Shown: positions 24,196 through 37,677, counted from the stretch's first letter. The stretch: DNA of 64,000 nucleotides from Nemertoderma westbladi (GCA_032718475.1 JAUCBJ010007345.1:30294-94293), one strand, 5' to 3'. The notes: generated from the sequence alone by a model not told the origin. Made by a program: numbers and translations.

Positions 24196-27100
24196 ATGAG
24201 TCGAGAAGGAGAAACGACACCGCCGCGGACCCCGGACGATGATAAAGACCTAAAGATCCGCGAGGCCGCAACGCGACGGTACCGACCCACAACGCCGGAC
24301 CCATCGGTAACGGGCGATCCGGCAATCCAAGATGAGGGGGGCCGTCTACAACTAGAAGACAAGTCGGGAGAGGAGAAAGACGAGTCGACACAGAGCAACG
24401 GTCGATGTGCCAAAGTCACCGGCCAGCCACAGGCAGAGGGCGACGGACGGCCCACCAGAACGGCGACGGTGGGGCCGCCGGTACGACGCCGGACACGGAT
24501 GGATAGAGGAGACGTCGGCGACAAAGACGTCGGGGTCAGCAACCGGCTCCGACGGGCCTACGCCGCAACCTGGAAACAGCTAAGAGAAGCCAAAGGAAGG
24601 GCCAGGATAGACGAGATGAAGTTAAAGAAGCGGCTAGGTGTGTCGAACAAACATTTTGATTACTTAGTGCGCTTTGGGCAGGGAGAGCTAGCCGACGAGA
24701 GAGCGAGAGGGGTTGCCAGCGAACTGTTTGAACTATGGGAATGTAGGGGTATGAAACCTAGCGTAGTGTACGTAGGGCCATACTTAGTCGATGCCCGGGG
24801 AGTAAAATTGGTGGGTTGGAGGAGACCACACGAGGGCGAATCTGAGGTTAACCCCGAGGATTCGGTCTCGTCGGTTGGAGAAAGTTCCGGGAGGCGGGGG
24901 AAAACTAGTAGGACGGGAAGGCGGAGGGAGTCCGTAGTAATCGATAAGTCCACTACATCCTCAACAAAAGGAAAACGGGTGCGAGAAATAGATCTGGCAT
25001 GCCAACTCGATCTGGCGGTGCTAGACCAGAGAGAATTAGAGAGACAATTAGAGGAAGAGAGTGCATTAATAGAGAAGGAGAAAGAACTGGTTAGAAAGAA
25101 TAGAGAGAGGGCCGAGAAGGCCGCAAGAAGCTTTAATATGTTTTGAATGTGAGGAAATAGGGAGGATGGAAAGAAAGGAGCGAGAAGAGCATGAGGATGC
25201 GAGAGAGGCAGGACGTAAGGAGCGTGAGATGGCGAGGGAAGTGAGACGGATGGAGAGAGTTGCGAGAGAGGCGGAATTAGCTGATCAGAGTGCGCGGGAG
25301 GATCTGGAGAGAGAGGCAACGGGGAAGCGTGTGCGGGATGATTTACATGCCCGCCTAAGGGGGCTTATTCAATATCAAGCCAAACAGAAGCGCCGACTGG
25401 AACTGGCGCAGATGGGGCTATCAGAGAGCGAGACTGGCTCGAGTATTTACGAGGAGCCAGGAGTTAGGGGAACATTTATTAATACTCCACTTACAGGGAC
25501 CGCACGACAGACCCAAGACTGGTGTGACCATGCGGGCGGGGGGGGGGGGGGGGGGGGCTAATAATAATACAGTAGATAACGTTAATATTAATAGTACCGT
25601 ATTGGATAATTCTAACCAAACTTTTATTGCAGGAAATATTTTACCTAGTAGTAGTAATTTAAATTTAAATATAAATAATTCAAATAATCCGAATAGTCCT
25701 AATTCAAATAATCTAAATCTGAATTTACAAAATAATTCAAATAATGTAATCACGGAAGATAAATCAAATAATTTAAATCTAAATCCGAATTTACAAAATA
25801 ATTCAAATAATCTTATTTCAAACAAACAAAATAATACCATCTCTGATTTGGGTGTGCAAAATAATTTAATTGAATTGGAAGATTTAATTGATTTAACAGA
25901 CGGTGTTAATAGTGGTGCTATTAATGTGAGCGTGGCGGACGCGCAGCGCATAGCCCGGCGAATGAGGGCCTGGTAGGCCGCGTAGTTAGTAGGCCGGAAG
26001 TGGCGGGGTTGAGCCAACCCGAAGGGGGCCTGGTAGGTCGTACAGTTGGTAGGCCGGAAGTTGTGGGGTTGAGCCAACCCGAAGGGGGCCTGGTAGGCCA
26101 CCTAGTTAGTAGGCAGGAAGTGGCGGGGTTGAGCCAACCCAAAAGGGGCCTCGTAGGCCATGTAGGTAGTAGGCAGGATGTGGCGGGGTTGAGTCAACCC
26201 GAGGGGGGCCTGGTAGGCCACGCAGTAGTAGAGAGAGAGGCGGGGGTGAATAGACCCAGCCGCAATAGAGATAGTGCGTCGACTCGAGAGGAGTGTAGAA
26301 GTGAAGTAAGAGGTAATGGAGTGATAGGTGGCGAGTGGGGGGGGGGGGGGGGGGCTACAGGAGCCACACAACAAGAAGTTAGCGGCAAGAGGGGGCCGAA
26401 TTAGGTAAACCGCAACACCCGGCGACGGGGAGTAATATGGGGATTGCGAGTATCCCCAGTGGTGCACGATCGAGCAGAGAGAGACAGGTTGACGTCGCGA
26501 GAGGGCGGACGAAGCGTCGAGCCCGATCAGAAGAGGGAAGAAGAACAGTGGAGTTTAACCGGGAGGTCGACGGGAGATCTCACGAGCGGGAATACTACAC
26601 TGGAGAGAGAAGAAGAGAAGAAAGTAGAAGAAGTGTCGTTGCGAACGACAGGAGAGCGAGGACGGATAGCGAGCCGTCGGTAGTCGAGGTGGAAATGGAG
26701 AGTCAGTGGGGTCGAACTTCGGGAGATTGCCGTCGTCCCGGAGAAACGCGACCTGACGAGGCGCACTACACGCCGATATAGGGGTACGCGATGTACCAAT
26801 ACAAGGACGAGAACAGTAGAGGGGGTCGAAGAGAAACTTCCTGGCGGGATCTACCTACCGATCGAGAATACGGTAGCCGCGAGGAGGACTATTCGAAAAG
26901 ATTAAGCTTCGATCCCGAGCGACACATACAGACTGCAGGACATACTGTAGGCCTTACTGTACATACTGTAGGCCTTACTGTACATACTATGGGCCATGCT
27001 GGGAGAGATAATGTAGGCGATAGGATAGCGCGGACGACGGGATTAAACCCGGAAGTCGTGGAGTACATACCGGCAGGTAGGCCAGAAGTTGATAGGCCTA

Positions 27101-28695
27101 TACCGGTACCAGCACAGCAGTATGACTACAGCATGCAAGGACATAACATATAGCCAGGGGAGGGGGGGATTATTGCGGATAGGTGCATGGGCCCCAATAT
27201 ATTAACATCAACCCCAGTACCAAACATACCGGTGGGGGGGGGGGGGGGGCAGGGTGACATTCCCCCATCACAATATCAACAATATACCCCAGTAGGAGCA
27301 AGAACAACAGACCCCTTGGACGAGAATAGATCATGCGACAACGAAATATGGAGGGGGCCGCTACCCCCACTGATATATCCGACGCAAAGGAAGACAGCAA
27401 ATAGGATGAACGGACCGCACCCAACAGGAGAAATTATACAGCATCCATCGAATCCATTGGAGGCACAAGCAATGGGAATGGCTACATTAATCGATGCCTT
27501 AAAAACCAGGATCGAGCTACCACCCGTGGAACCATTCAAATTCGATGGAAGTAGGCCGGAAGAATACCTACAGTTTTGGCGAATGTATAGTAATGAAATA
27601 TTAACAAAGAATTTGACGCAGGCGGAGTGCCTAAAGTATCTACAAGTGTATACAGGAGGCCCAGCATACGACATCGTGAGGCAATACCAGGGCATCGAGG
27701 GCAGCTTTACGACAGCATGGCGGGCGCTAGACAGGGAATACAGGCACCCGGCCAAGATCATCCGGCAAACCCTGAGAGGCATAACATCGGGTGGCCTACA
27801 GGATAACCCCGTTAGCATAAAGACATTCGCTAACAATGTCGAAAAGGCGCTAATCGTGCTAAAGACACTGGACGCGCCATACGAACTCAACGCGTCTAAC
27901 AACATCACTACGATAGTGCAGGCACTACCGATTTGGCTGCGCAATAAGTGGAGAAAAATTGCTTTCACCACTCGAGATAAGAAGGGCGCGGAACCGGGTT
28001 TAGAAGAGATGTCGAGCTTCTTAAACTATGAAGCTGAACTAATAACAGATCCAGTCTATAGTGAGGATAGCCTGGGAAAGGGACCAAGGACCGATTACCA
28101 CAGGCCGAAACCAGAGAACAACGCGTCGAATGCATTGCCAAAGCTCAGAGAGTTACTGCCGTACGCAGCGACGCAGGGGACTTCTAGTCCACAAGTAGCC
28201 GGGGGTAAGACCACATCATGGAGTGGACAGGGGAAAAATAACAACACAAATAAACATAACTCCAGCACGCCCAGTAGGCCGAACCCAAACAATAAGAATA
28301 GTAGGGACTTTGGTACAAATATAAGTGCGATATGCAACGCACTTTATAAGGATGGCTACAACCCAAAGAGCAAATGCCAATTACATACAAATGCACTTCA
28401 TCAGACCATGAACTGCAGGTACTGGCAGGCGCTACCCAGAGAAGATCAGGTAGAATACGTGAGGAGAAATAAAATCTGTTCGCGATGTGTGATGAGTGGA
28501 CATAGGGCTAACCAATGCAAGGAAACGCCAATCAAGTTCGGTCAAAATAAAGGTCAGACAATGGCAACAAGCACCGTGGGAGCAAAGAAGAGAGGAACGG
28601 TACTACTTGGGGTAGTACCAGTGCGAGTGATCGGAGAAGGCAATCGATCAGTGACCACACTGATGCTGGTCGACAGTGGTGCAGCCTTCACCTAA
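24196..28695 (+). pseudogene. gag: BEL/Pao gag with very long N-terminal extension, plus start of protease
   Basis: FKFDG..Y..FW (DUF1759-like), CQLH..H..C and CSRC...GH....C knuckles, LVDSGA; stops and poly-G frameshifts. Confidence 0.85.
25968..26222 (+). repeat. About four copies of a 60-bp coding repeat (GLVG..V.R.EVAGLSQPEG)
   Basis: ggggttgagccaacccgaagggggcctggtagg recurs every 60 bp. Confidence 0.9.
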
Positions 28696-31600
28696 GTTGA
28701 GGATTGGGTGGCCGAAGAGATAGGATTGAGAACGAGGCCAAGTAGAATGGCGGTAACAACCATCTCTAGCAAAGATGAGGTACTGGAGATGAGGACCGGA
28801 CGGTGCGCGATAGCAGCGGTGGCACCGGGATGCGACTATGGGGCGACCATCGACCCCATCCAGGTGATAGAGTCGATAAATATCAATGCCAGGCGGCCAA
28901 CCAACATCGAGGTCAAACAATATAGATTCCTGGACAGTATCGACTTCTCAATCCCAGAGGTGGACGTTAGGAAGGTATCCATCATAGTAGGAATGGACTG
29001 CCCAACGGCCCACGAGAGAATGCAAACGGTCTTTGGCGAAGACAGGCAGTGTGACCCGGTGGCGATATTAACACCATTCGGGTAGACGCTGATTGGCCCA
29101 ATTAAGAGTAAAATACCATTTAGGATGTTGGAGACATCAGGCTGCATGTTCGCGGAAACTATGCGAGAGATGGAGGATGAGGGCTGAGGAGCAGCTCAGG
29201 AGACTGCTCAGGCAGGATTTTGAGGGATTAAAAGAGACCGGGGTTGGAACCTCGGTAGAAGACAAGCAGGCTCTACAGAGCGTAAAGGAGTCGATGACAT
29301 GCGACGAGGGGCGGTATACCATAGGGATGGTATGGTAGCTACCGAAGCTACCGCTACCCGACAATAGAGGGATGGTACTCACGAGGCTTCGTAAGTTGAA
29401 GCAGACACTAAAACGGAGCACCGAGAAGAATGAGTACATCCACGTATATACGTATCCACGCATACAAGGATGGGCCGTAGAACTACCGGTCGACGAACCA
29501 AACACGGACAGGACCTATTACCTGCCACTCCACGTGGCTCTAGACCCGAAGAAAGGTAAACTGCTGATGGTAGTTGATGCATCAGCTAAAACCAACGGCA
29601 AATGCCTAAACGATTATCTGCTGGAGGGTCCCAACATCTACAACTCAGGGATCGAGGTCCTACTTAGATTCAGGAATGGGAAACACGCCTTCACCTGTGA
29701 GATAGAAGGCATGTTCAACCAAGTCCGTGTGACGGAAGAGGATAGCGACAGCCAACACTTCTTATGGTACAACGGCGATGAGGAACCGTCGACAATACCG
29801 ATGTACAAGATGATAGTACAGAATATGGGAGTCAAGTCGTCTTTGTTCACGACGACTATGGCTGTAAGAGACATAGTAAAGGGAAGGGAAGATAAATACA
29901 GCGCTAGGGCCGTCGATATGATTCAACGCGGCTTCTATGTAGACGACGGTATGGAGTCTGGAAACACGGTTAAGGAATTACTGGATACAGGGCGCGAGGT
30001 TTGCGACATCCTTAAGGGATCCGGCTTTAACCTAACCAAATTCCAATCCAGATCAGAGGAATTTATCAAGGCCATAAAGGATGAGAGACCAGAATTGACC
30101 ATGGATAATCCCACGACAGCTAAGGGACAGGACATGGCGACCAAGCAAATAGAGTCCCAACAGAAGGCACTGGGGATCGTGTGGAACAGAGAGACAGATG
30201 AGCTGAAGTACCAATTAAGCCAGGAGGGCGCAGACATCCACACGAAAAGGGGCTATGTGTCGTACATAGCAAGGATATACGATCCCCTAGGCCTAGCATC
30301 CCCATTATTAGTCACGGGGAAACAGATACTCAAGAGAGTATACAAACTAAAGGATGAGTGGGATGCAGGGATACCAGAGGAGATCAGCAAGCAGTGGTGT
30401 AAATGGACAGAGAGTTTAGAGCAGATGGGAACATACAGCATGCCACGAGTGTATTTCCCAGGGGAACATGACGAATCTGGATCTACATATGTTCTCCAAT
30501 GCGTCGTTAGAGGCATACGGAGTAGCACTCTACTTAGTACAACGAGAGGGGGTTGACAAGCCCAGACTTGCCTTCAGCAAGGCGAAGTCGATGCTACCAG
30601 ATTCAGCATCGGTCCCAAAACTCGAATTGACAGCTGCGAGGCTAGGAGTTAGGGCCACAGCCTACTTAATGGACGCTATTCCCAACATAGTGGAGACACA
30701 CTACTGGACGGTTTCCATGGTAGTGCTTGGTTGGCTACATAACGAAAGGACAAGATACCCTATATTCATCGCAAATAGGGTGGACGAAATAAGGGCGACC
30801 ACAGAACTGGAAAGGTGGCACTACTGCCCAACGGACGAGAACCCAGCGGACTTGTTATTGAGGGGCATGGCACGCCACACTTTCTTGAAGAAGGAAGTAT
30901 TGTGGCAACACGGGCCACAGTTTCTGAACAATAAGGAGGCCTGGCCGCCGATGAGAAAGGTGGACCCGGGCTCAGGAGAAGTAGCGTTAGAGGAAGAAGA
31001 GGGAGATTCAGAGGGGGAAGATATATATAGCCAAATGGTGAGGGAGATAAGGGACGTGCAACCAAAACCGGGAGAATTGTGCGACAACCCGACGGATAAA
31101 CTCCTTAGTTACAGCTCTAGTTGGTACAAGACCAAGAAATTAGTGGCGTACTGTAGAGCCTTCGGGGATTTCCTCAAGGGAGTCAGCAAGGACGTAAAAT
31201 TTAGAACAACCATCGATCTGGAGGGAGCGGCCAAAGCAGTCATCCACTACGAGTAGAGAAAGAACTACAGCAACGAGATGGAACGCGTCGGTAAACAACT
31301 GCATCTCCGATGGGACAGCGAGCTGATAGTGCTGCACCACAACTTAATGATGACGGGATTCTAGTAATGAACTCTAGGGTATTGAACAACAACAGTATTG
31401 TAATATCGCCAAAGCCCATCATCATACCTACTGGATCGCCGATAGTCCACCAGATTATATGGGACTCCCACAAGTTGATATTGCACGGGGACACCAACCG
31501 AACCCTCACGGAGATACGGAGGACCTTTTGGGTCAAACAGTTGAGGAAGAAGGTAAAGGCGGTAGTGGGGCAGTGCCAGACCTGCCGACGAGAGAAGGAG

Positions 31601-32060
31601 CGAGCCATACAGGAGATGGCACCACTACCGGCGAGTAGGGTAAGACAACATGACCCGCCATTTACGCATTGCGGTATGGATATGTTCGGGCCAATAAAGA
31701 TTAAGGTGATGCGACACACGGAGAAACGCTACGGTATTATATTCGTGTGTAACAACACGCGGGCTGTAGGGATAGAACTCGCCCAAGATGCAACCGCATC
31801 AGCATTCATTAATGCTCTAGAAAGGTTTAGAGACCACAATGGTGGGACGATCGCAGTAATATATTCTGACAGCGGGACCAACTTTGTGGGGGTGCAGAAC
31901 GAGATGGCAGAGGCCTTGGATATCCTGGAAGGGGAGGAAGTCAGGGCAGCCATGAGAAGGCGTCAGGTAAAGTGGGAAAGGAGGACGCCGTATGCTCCGC
32001 ATACCCTAGGATGCGTCGAGAGACTCGTGGGTAGTTCGAAGCGTCTGATGACGAATGACG
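28696..32060 (+). pseudogene. pol: BEL/Pao pol (RT, RNase H, integrase core), degenerate
   Basis: CLND.LL.GP, LLRFR, FYVDD, YDPLG, FS(N)AS..AYG, KLEL, NPAD..RG, H..H/CQTC, DMFGP, SDSGTNF, ERLV. Confidence 0.92.
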
Positions 32061-32323
32061 TAGGCCAGAATGTGGATTATGAAATAGAGTAATCCATTGG
32101 CAATAGTAAGTAGTAGCACAGTAGTAGGATTGAATTAAATTAAAATATTAAAAATAGAATAGGAAATTATAGAAAATTACAAATTATGGTAACAGTAGGA
32201 AAATTATTCTGGAACATAATTAAAGTAACGGACAAAATTGCAATCTAGGGTACAATTTGGTAGCTTCAGAATTTAAGTAGTAAAATTTAGGCTATAACTC
32301 AGAATTAAGTAAGGGATAGGCCA

Positions 32324-33550
32324 TTGTCGAACTGTACAGACCATCCTAATCTTATCACTCATCTGTACTGCGACTTGGCAAGGCACCACCTTACAGGTGA
32401 GCGAGTGAGAGAGTTCGAAATGGCGGGGAAACTGATCAGGAAGAGAAAGGCGGAGTCAGGAGGAAAGGAGATACTGGTGGATTTCACCAAGAGGCATCCG
32501 GAAGAGAAAACAAGGGGATACTACGAGCGGTTGGAGAGAGGTCACGGGGTGCGAGCGCTACAAGACCATTTCAGGGAAGTGCACAAACAGCGGCTGGTCG
32601 GGACCTACGGGACGCCGTCGCTGGACAATGCAATCTTCGAGCATTTCCACTATGTGGTGAAAGGAGACGAAGCGAAGTTCGGGATTCCGAAGTACATGAG
32701 AGAGCCACCGAGGAAAGATTGGAAGAGATCCGTCAGCAGGGGAGGATACATGATCCTAGACGATGAAGGAACCGTGGAAGACGAGGAGGGTTCGAGTAGA
32801 GGATCGGCGGGGTCGGCCAGAACCATACTCCTACATTTGGCCGCGCCAAATGGGGATATTTTCCTATTCGATCTGGGAATGTATGGGAAGAAAGACGGGC
32901 CAAAGTTGAACCGGTTGCCGAAGGTGGTGCAAATCCTATTGAGAGAGAAGTTGACGACGAAAGTGGGATCGGCGATTCGCGACGATGCGGAGAGAATCAT
33001 CGGTCCGGACACCCCCAATCTTCTGGACATGCAGACGGTCTTCATGGCTATGACAGCACCAGACGGGTTAGGACTATTGGAGAGCGCAGGCCATTGTGGA
33101 GCGGTGGCAATCGGCCAGCTTTTGGGGCTCGTGTGTCACAAACCAATGGACTGTGCAAAGTTCAGAGAAGAGTACGGAGCAGAGTTAGCAAACTCGCTGA
33201 AGTGGGGAGCAAGGCCAGGGAAACAAGAGGTGTATCAATTCCGGAGAGGAGCAATAAAGGTATATCAGAAGCGATATATCCTGCAGGAGGACTGGATAAT
33301 GATGGGTTTGCTAAACCTATTCATGACCATTGTCATTGGGAAGGAACCAACGGCATTCCTGCTATCGGGATCACCCCTGAGCTACATAAGAGCCTTTAAG
33401 ACGGCTTTCGAGGGTCTGGTAAACCACCCGGGGCTGAAGGGCGAGTCGGTGTACTATAACTGCCGACATCTGGTAGACAGGAACGTAGATACGCCATATC
33501 AGAGATGGGAGCAGCTAGAGGTGGATAGACGAGAAGCGAAGCGATTGTAA
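32324..33550 (+). CDS. Extra ORF: DEDDy (RNase D/WRN/EXD-like) 3'-5' exonuclease-like protein
   Basis: ILDDEG (ExoI), LLHLA..IFLFDL, LP..V..LL...KVG..I.DD (ExoII), LLDMQ, Y..RYILQED (ExoIII); first ATG at 32420. Confidence 0.7.
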   Translation: MSNCTDHPNLITHLYCDLARHHLTGERVREFEMAGKLIRKRKAESGGKEILVDFTKRHPEEKTRGYYERLERGHGVRALQDHFREVHKQRLVGTYGTPSLDNAIFEHFHYVVKGDEAKFGIPKYMREPPRKDWKRSVSRGGYMILDDEGTVEDEEGSSRGSAGSARTILLHLAAPNGDIFLFDLGMYGKKDGPKLNRLPKVVQILLREKLTTKVGSAIRDDAERIIGPDTPNLLDMQTVFMAMTAPDGLGLLESAGHCGAVAIGQLLGLVCHKPMDCAKFREEYGAELANSLKWGARPGKQEVYQFRRGAIKVYQKRYILQEDWIMMGLLNLFMTIVIGKEPTAFLLSGSPLSYIRAFKTAFEGLVNHPGLKGESVYYNCRHLVDRNVDTPYQRWEQLEVDRREAKRL

Positions 33551-33612
33551 GAAATCGCTAGACAGGAGAGGAGAGAGGCAGAAGAAAGGGAGGGGGAAGC
33601 TAGGGCACAGAC

Positions 33613-34038
33613 GGTGGTCACTATTTGAGGGCATTTCCATCTAATAAATTACCTAAATTAGATAATAATAATAATAATAATCGGAGAGATTATGGGTTAA
33701 TAGTAAATACTGATAAAGTGCATCTACCTGGTGTTCATTGGGTGGCTATATATATACGAGATAATGAAGCTGAATTATTTAATTCGTTTGGTTCAAAATA
33801 TCCAAACAGATGTATCAAAAAATGGCTTGAGAAAAATTCTACAAGGTGGTGTACTACTCGCAGGCAATTTCAAGACCCTAGAAGGACCACATGCGGGTTA
33901 TACTGTCTTTATTACTTGGTAAATCGAATTCACACAAACTATCCAATGAGAGCATTTACAAATAATATGGAAATAAATGAAATAATATTATATAAATGGC
34001 TTGTTAGTTATTATAAAATAAACCAACAAGCATTGTAA
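33613..34038 (+). pseudogene. Adenain-like protease, 5'-truncated
   Basis: PGVHWVA, FNSFG, QFQD..TTCGLYC. Confidence 0.9.
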
Positions 34039-34082
34039 TTAATCATTTAACTTTTGTTTATCTAAATATATTATCCATTAAA

Positions 34083-34651
34083 ATGGATAAAATGGATAAT
34101 ATCATTTTTGTCGATTTTAAATATTATAAGATAGACAATATGGAATATCTGATAGTATTTAAAGAATTTGCTATATTCGATTCTAATTACACTAAAACTA
34201 ATGTAAAGACGTTTTTAATTAAAGTACCCCCTGATATTAACTTATCGGCATTAGATAAAGCCCATATAAAAAATTTACAAGACATGACATTGCATTTACC
34301 CTGGAATTACGGCAACATTTCGCAAGATGACTTCAAAAAGTACAGAGACATCAATAATATAAAAAAAATATATATGTATTCTGGTTGATGAAGCTGGCAA
34401 TATTAATTACCGAACTTGATGTTCTCGCTCCAAAATTGATGGAGAAATTGGAGATATATCAACTATATTACAATTATTTAACCCTGTGTCCTTTTCACGT
34501 TAAATTTTCTACTGTAGAAAATAAATGCGCTTACCACTTAAACAGAAAGGACAACTGTCTGAGGTACTGCTCTGCAAAATGGGTCGGAGGGTATGAAATG
34601 AAACGATTTTTCGAGAGAAAGCAATTAACTGGGACTAATGATAATGACTAG
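34083..34651 (+). pseudogene. Polinton DEDD-like protein, frameshifted
   Basis: IIFVDF..FKEFA..VPP..LHLPWNYG; CPFH..CAYH..CL.YCS. Confidence 0.6.
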
Positions 34652-35574
34652 TGAGAAAGAAATAACTCTGGTGGAAGATGTACAGTAGGTTTACTCTAAG
34701 CATGTAATGTGATGGGATAATATAATTGTTTTAATGTCAACAAAAATAATAAAAACATTAAAATATAATTTTTTATATCTCAGTCTGACGCACGGGGGTA
34801 GGGTTTAGGTTTACACCCTCAAACACACACACCTACCGGTAGCTAGCCGACTAGCTAGCTAGCTGTTGCATCTGAGTTTAACTACCGGTAGCTGATTTTA
34901 CACACTGACATATAACAGGGCTAAACTGCAGAATGGCTCCCCTTCTAGACTGACAAAGTACCGTTGGCTTGCTTTAGCGTTACTAATAATAAAATTAAAT
35001 TAACTCGACATGTGGTTTGCGAATGCGGCATTAGAGTGGCCCACCTAACAATAGACCTACCGGTACTGTAGCGCCCTTGTAACAGTATACTGGTATAGTC
35101 GGATAGGGCATGCTGGTTCCTTCAATTTAAGGATTATTACACTTGAATGCTTTCAATTTTCTGTTTACAACTTTAATTGTCCTAATCTAGATTATTACTG
35201 AGGCTACACTACTACTGTCACATAGGTAAGCCTATACAGCTATAGTTAACTTTATGTGGGCCTTTCTCAAATGTAGGCTCAATATGGTTGACGGTTAACC
35301 TTTAGAACTCACGGTCCGGTGGGCCTACATTCAGCTAGTCATATAATGACTCCTCAACTGAAAGCCGACTAGCTCATTGATACAATAGGTGTGGCTAGCA
35401 GTATATAAAATCCTCTGCACTCAACATTCACTCCATGTTGTAGGCCTATATAAAATATAGTTAGTTTATTTATGTATTTGCTTTTTTTAAATTAGATATA
35501 AAATAGACAAAAACCTACTGCTACAGGTAACACATTAACACAAACAGACAGACTGATAACATTTAATGGATTAC

Positions 35575-37162
35575 ATACGAGTCTACGGGTGTATTCTTGG
35601 ATCTGTCGGTAGGCCAACAGGAGCTACTGATACTTCTGGTTCTGTCGCTTCTTCTTCCCATTGCTCTTCCCCAATAAAATTATCAAGTCTTATTTAGTGA
35701 GCTTCTTCAGCCTCTATACAAACGTTTGAACTGAAGTTTTTATTTGTTGTAAATGTTGTTTGCCTGCCTTCGCCTGTTTTATTTCTTAACATTATAGTAA
35801 ACTGACCATTTTCATTTTTTAAATGTAACTCCATTATATTTAAAGATGTAAAAAACAACTCTTCTGCTTCGAGATCAAACTTCAACATACAATCGCTAAC
35901 CCTATTTTCAATAAACACAAATGTGTGGCGTCACATAGAAAGGGTTCAATCCTCAGAAAAGTGATTTTGCAGAAAACGAGTTTAAAAATTTTCTTTTTCG
36001 AAAATTCCTTTTTTCAGAAAAATACACTTAAAAGATGTCGAAATTAAAATTTTTTTTTTAAAAATGTTCTACTTTTTGAGATGAATTCAAAAAACGACAC
36101 ATCAAAACAGCACGTGTTAATCAGGACGAGCTATATTAAATCAAAATTGAAGTTTCATTTATAAAATAATTTTAAGTATAAAACTACCATGCAATATTAT
36201 GTGACATGTAACAGCGTCACTACTTCTTTTCTACTTCTACTTCTCTCAAGCACCACCAAGAGGATCCCTTGTAAATGATTTTAATCAATTCAAATACCCT
36301 CCAATGCCGCATGGGGTATATCTTCTCCTGCCTAGTAAAATAACTGTACTTGATACAATCTTTGTATGATATAGAAATCCCTTACAGGCTCCTTTCTAAA
36401 CAATACAGCCCATCAATCTCAGGTACTTACAGCCTTCCTTATTCTTATGTAATCAACCAATCAAAGGGCCTAAAATTCATAGGATTACTCTGTGTTCACA
36501 TCGACAAAACATTATTGCTTCTCTACCTGCCGCCCTGCGGTATGTTATTGATTACCAACATTGAATTGATTTGAACATGGAATTATATTGTATCCTGGTT
36601 TTATTGTTTATTTTACTTTGATTTGAAAAATATGAAACATCCTGGTAGTGAGAAGAAACAAGCCATGTAATAGTTGCATCTGTTCAAAAATGTCACCATT
36701 GGATTCAGTGGCTTCGAAAAACCACATACACAAAAAATCGCTATCAAACTAGCCGTTTTAGAAAATTTAAAAATTAAGTCTTTGATGAAAAGTGCTAGTA
36801 GTGAAAAAAACAAGTCAGGCATTGGTTGCATCAGTTCAAAAATATTACCATCGGATTCAGCGGCTTCGAAAACCCACACACACAAAAAACCGCTATCAAA
36901 CTAGCCATTTTAAAAAATTATAAAATTTAAACACATTTTTGGTTTTCTCAGACGAAAAGTACTAGTTGTATTTATTTTGCCAATATTTCGAAAACGACAA
37001 AAGATGGCAAGTTGCGGTTTTCAGTTTCAGATTCTCCGTTAAATTTCGTACCAGAATCGGTAAAAAAGTGAAAATATATTTTTTTGGTATTGAACCCTTT
37101 CTATGTGACGCCACACAAATGTCACATAGTTAACAAAATGTCCAACATAAACTTTTCCCATG
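35575..37162 (-). pseudogene. Small accessory gene interrupted by Sola1-like element
   Basis: Excising 35923-37120 gives MGKVYVGHFVNYVTF|VFIENRVSDC... Confidence 0.65.
35923..37116. mobile_element. Non-autonomous DNA transposon, Sola1-like
   Basis: 28-bp TIR GTGTGGCGTCACATAGAAAGGGTTCAAT; 4-bp AAAT TSD (AWWT); internal duplication at about 36645-36925. Confidence 0.8.
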
Positions 37163-37677
37163 CGGATTAGCGATATATGCTCTGTTCATTATTCTATTCT
37201 ATTCTATTCTATTCTGAATGTAGTGAAATGCATAGCCGATGTTTTAATAATATGTATACGGGCTAGTAACAGATAGGTGGGCTTCGACTTTGACTATGAA
37301 TACCAGTACATAGCCATAAACTTTTCTCACCAGGCTTAGCGATGTGTAATTTAGCCAGCAATAGTGATGCTCTCTGCACACAGTCATAAGTAACAGATGC
37401 GCAACCGTAGCTCACTCGCGAGCTGCGATGCTTAGCTAGCTACTGTATCTGGGTATACTATGCATACTAGGCTGTTACAAGCAGTCGCTCTGCTGAAGTT
37501 AGTTAGTTTCCCCAACTAGTTGTTGATTTAAATAAAATATTCATAAATTTCTTCTCCCTCAAATTAATATATATATTTTATAGTAAAAAACTTCCATCAC
37601 CAAACAACAATAAATTTCACTCTCTCTAATTATATTTTATATCTAAAAACCCACCACCACCACCACCAAACAACAAT

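Larger units (their letters stand above)
23534..33612 (+). mobile_element. BEL/Pao LTR retrotransposon with extra 3' ORF; 3' LTR lost
   Basis: Putative 5' LTR TGTTAG..GTCACA 23534-24106 (no second copy to confirm); gag-PR-RT-RH-IN order; GC-richer than flanks. Confidence 0.85.

Noticed and set aside
24177-33399. Numerous minus-strand and alternate-frame ORFs within the BEL element
   Set aside because: Shadow ORFs of GC-richer coding sequence with no independent motifs
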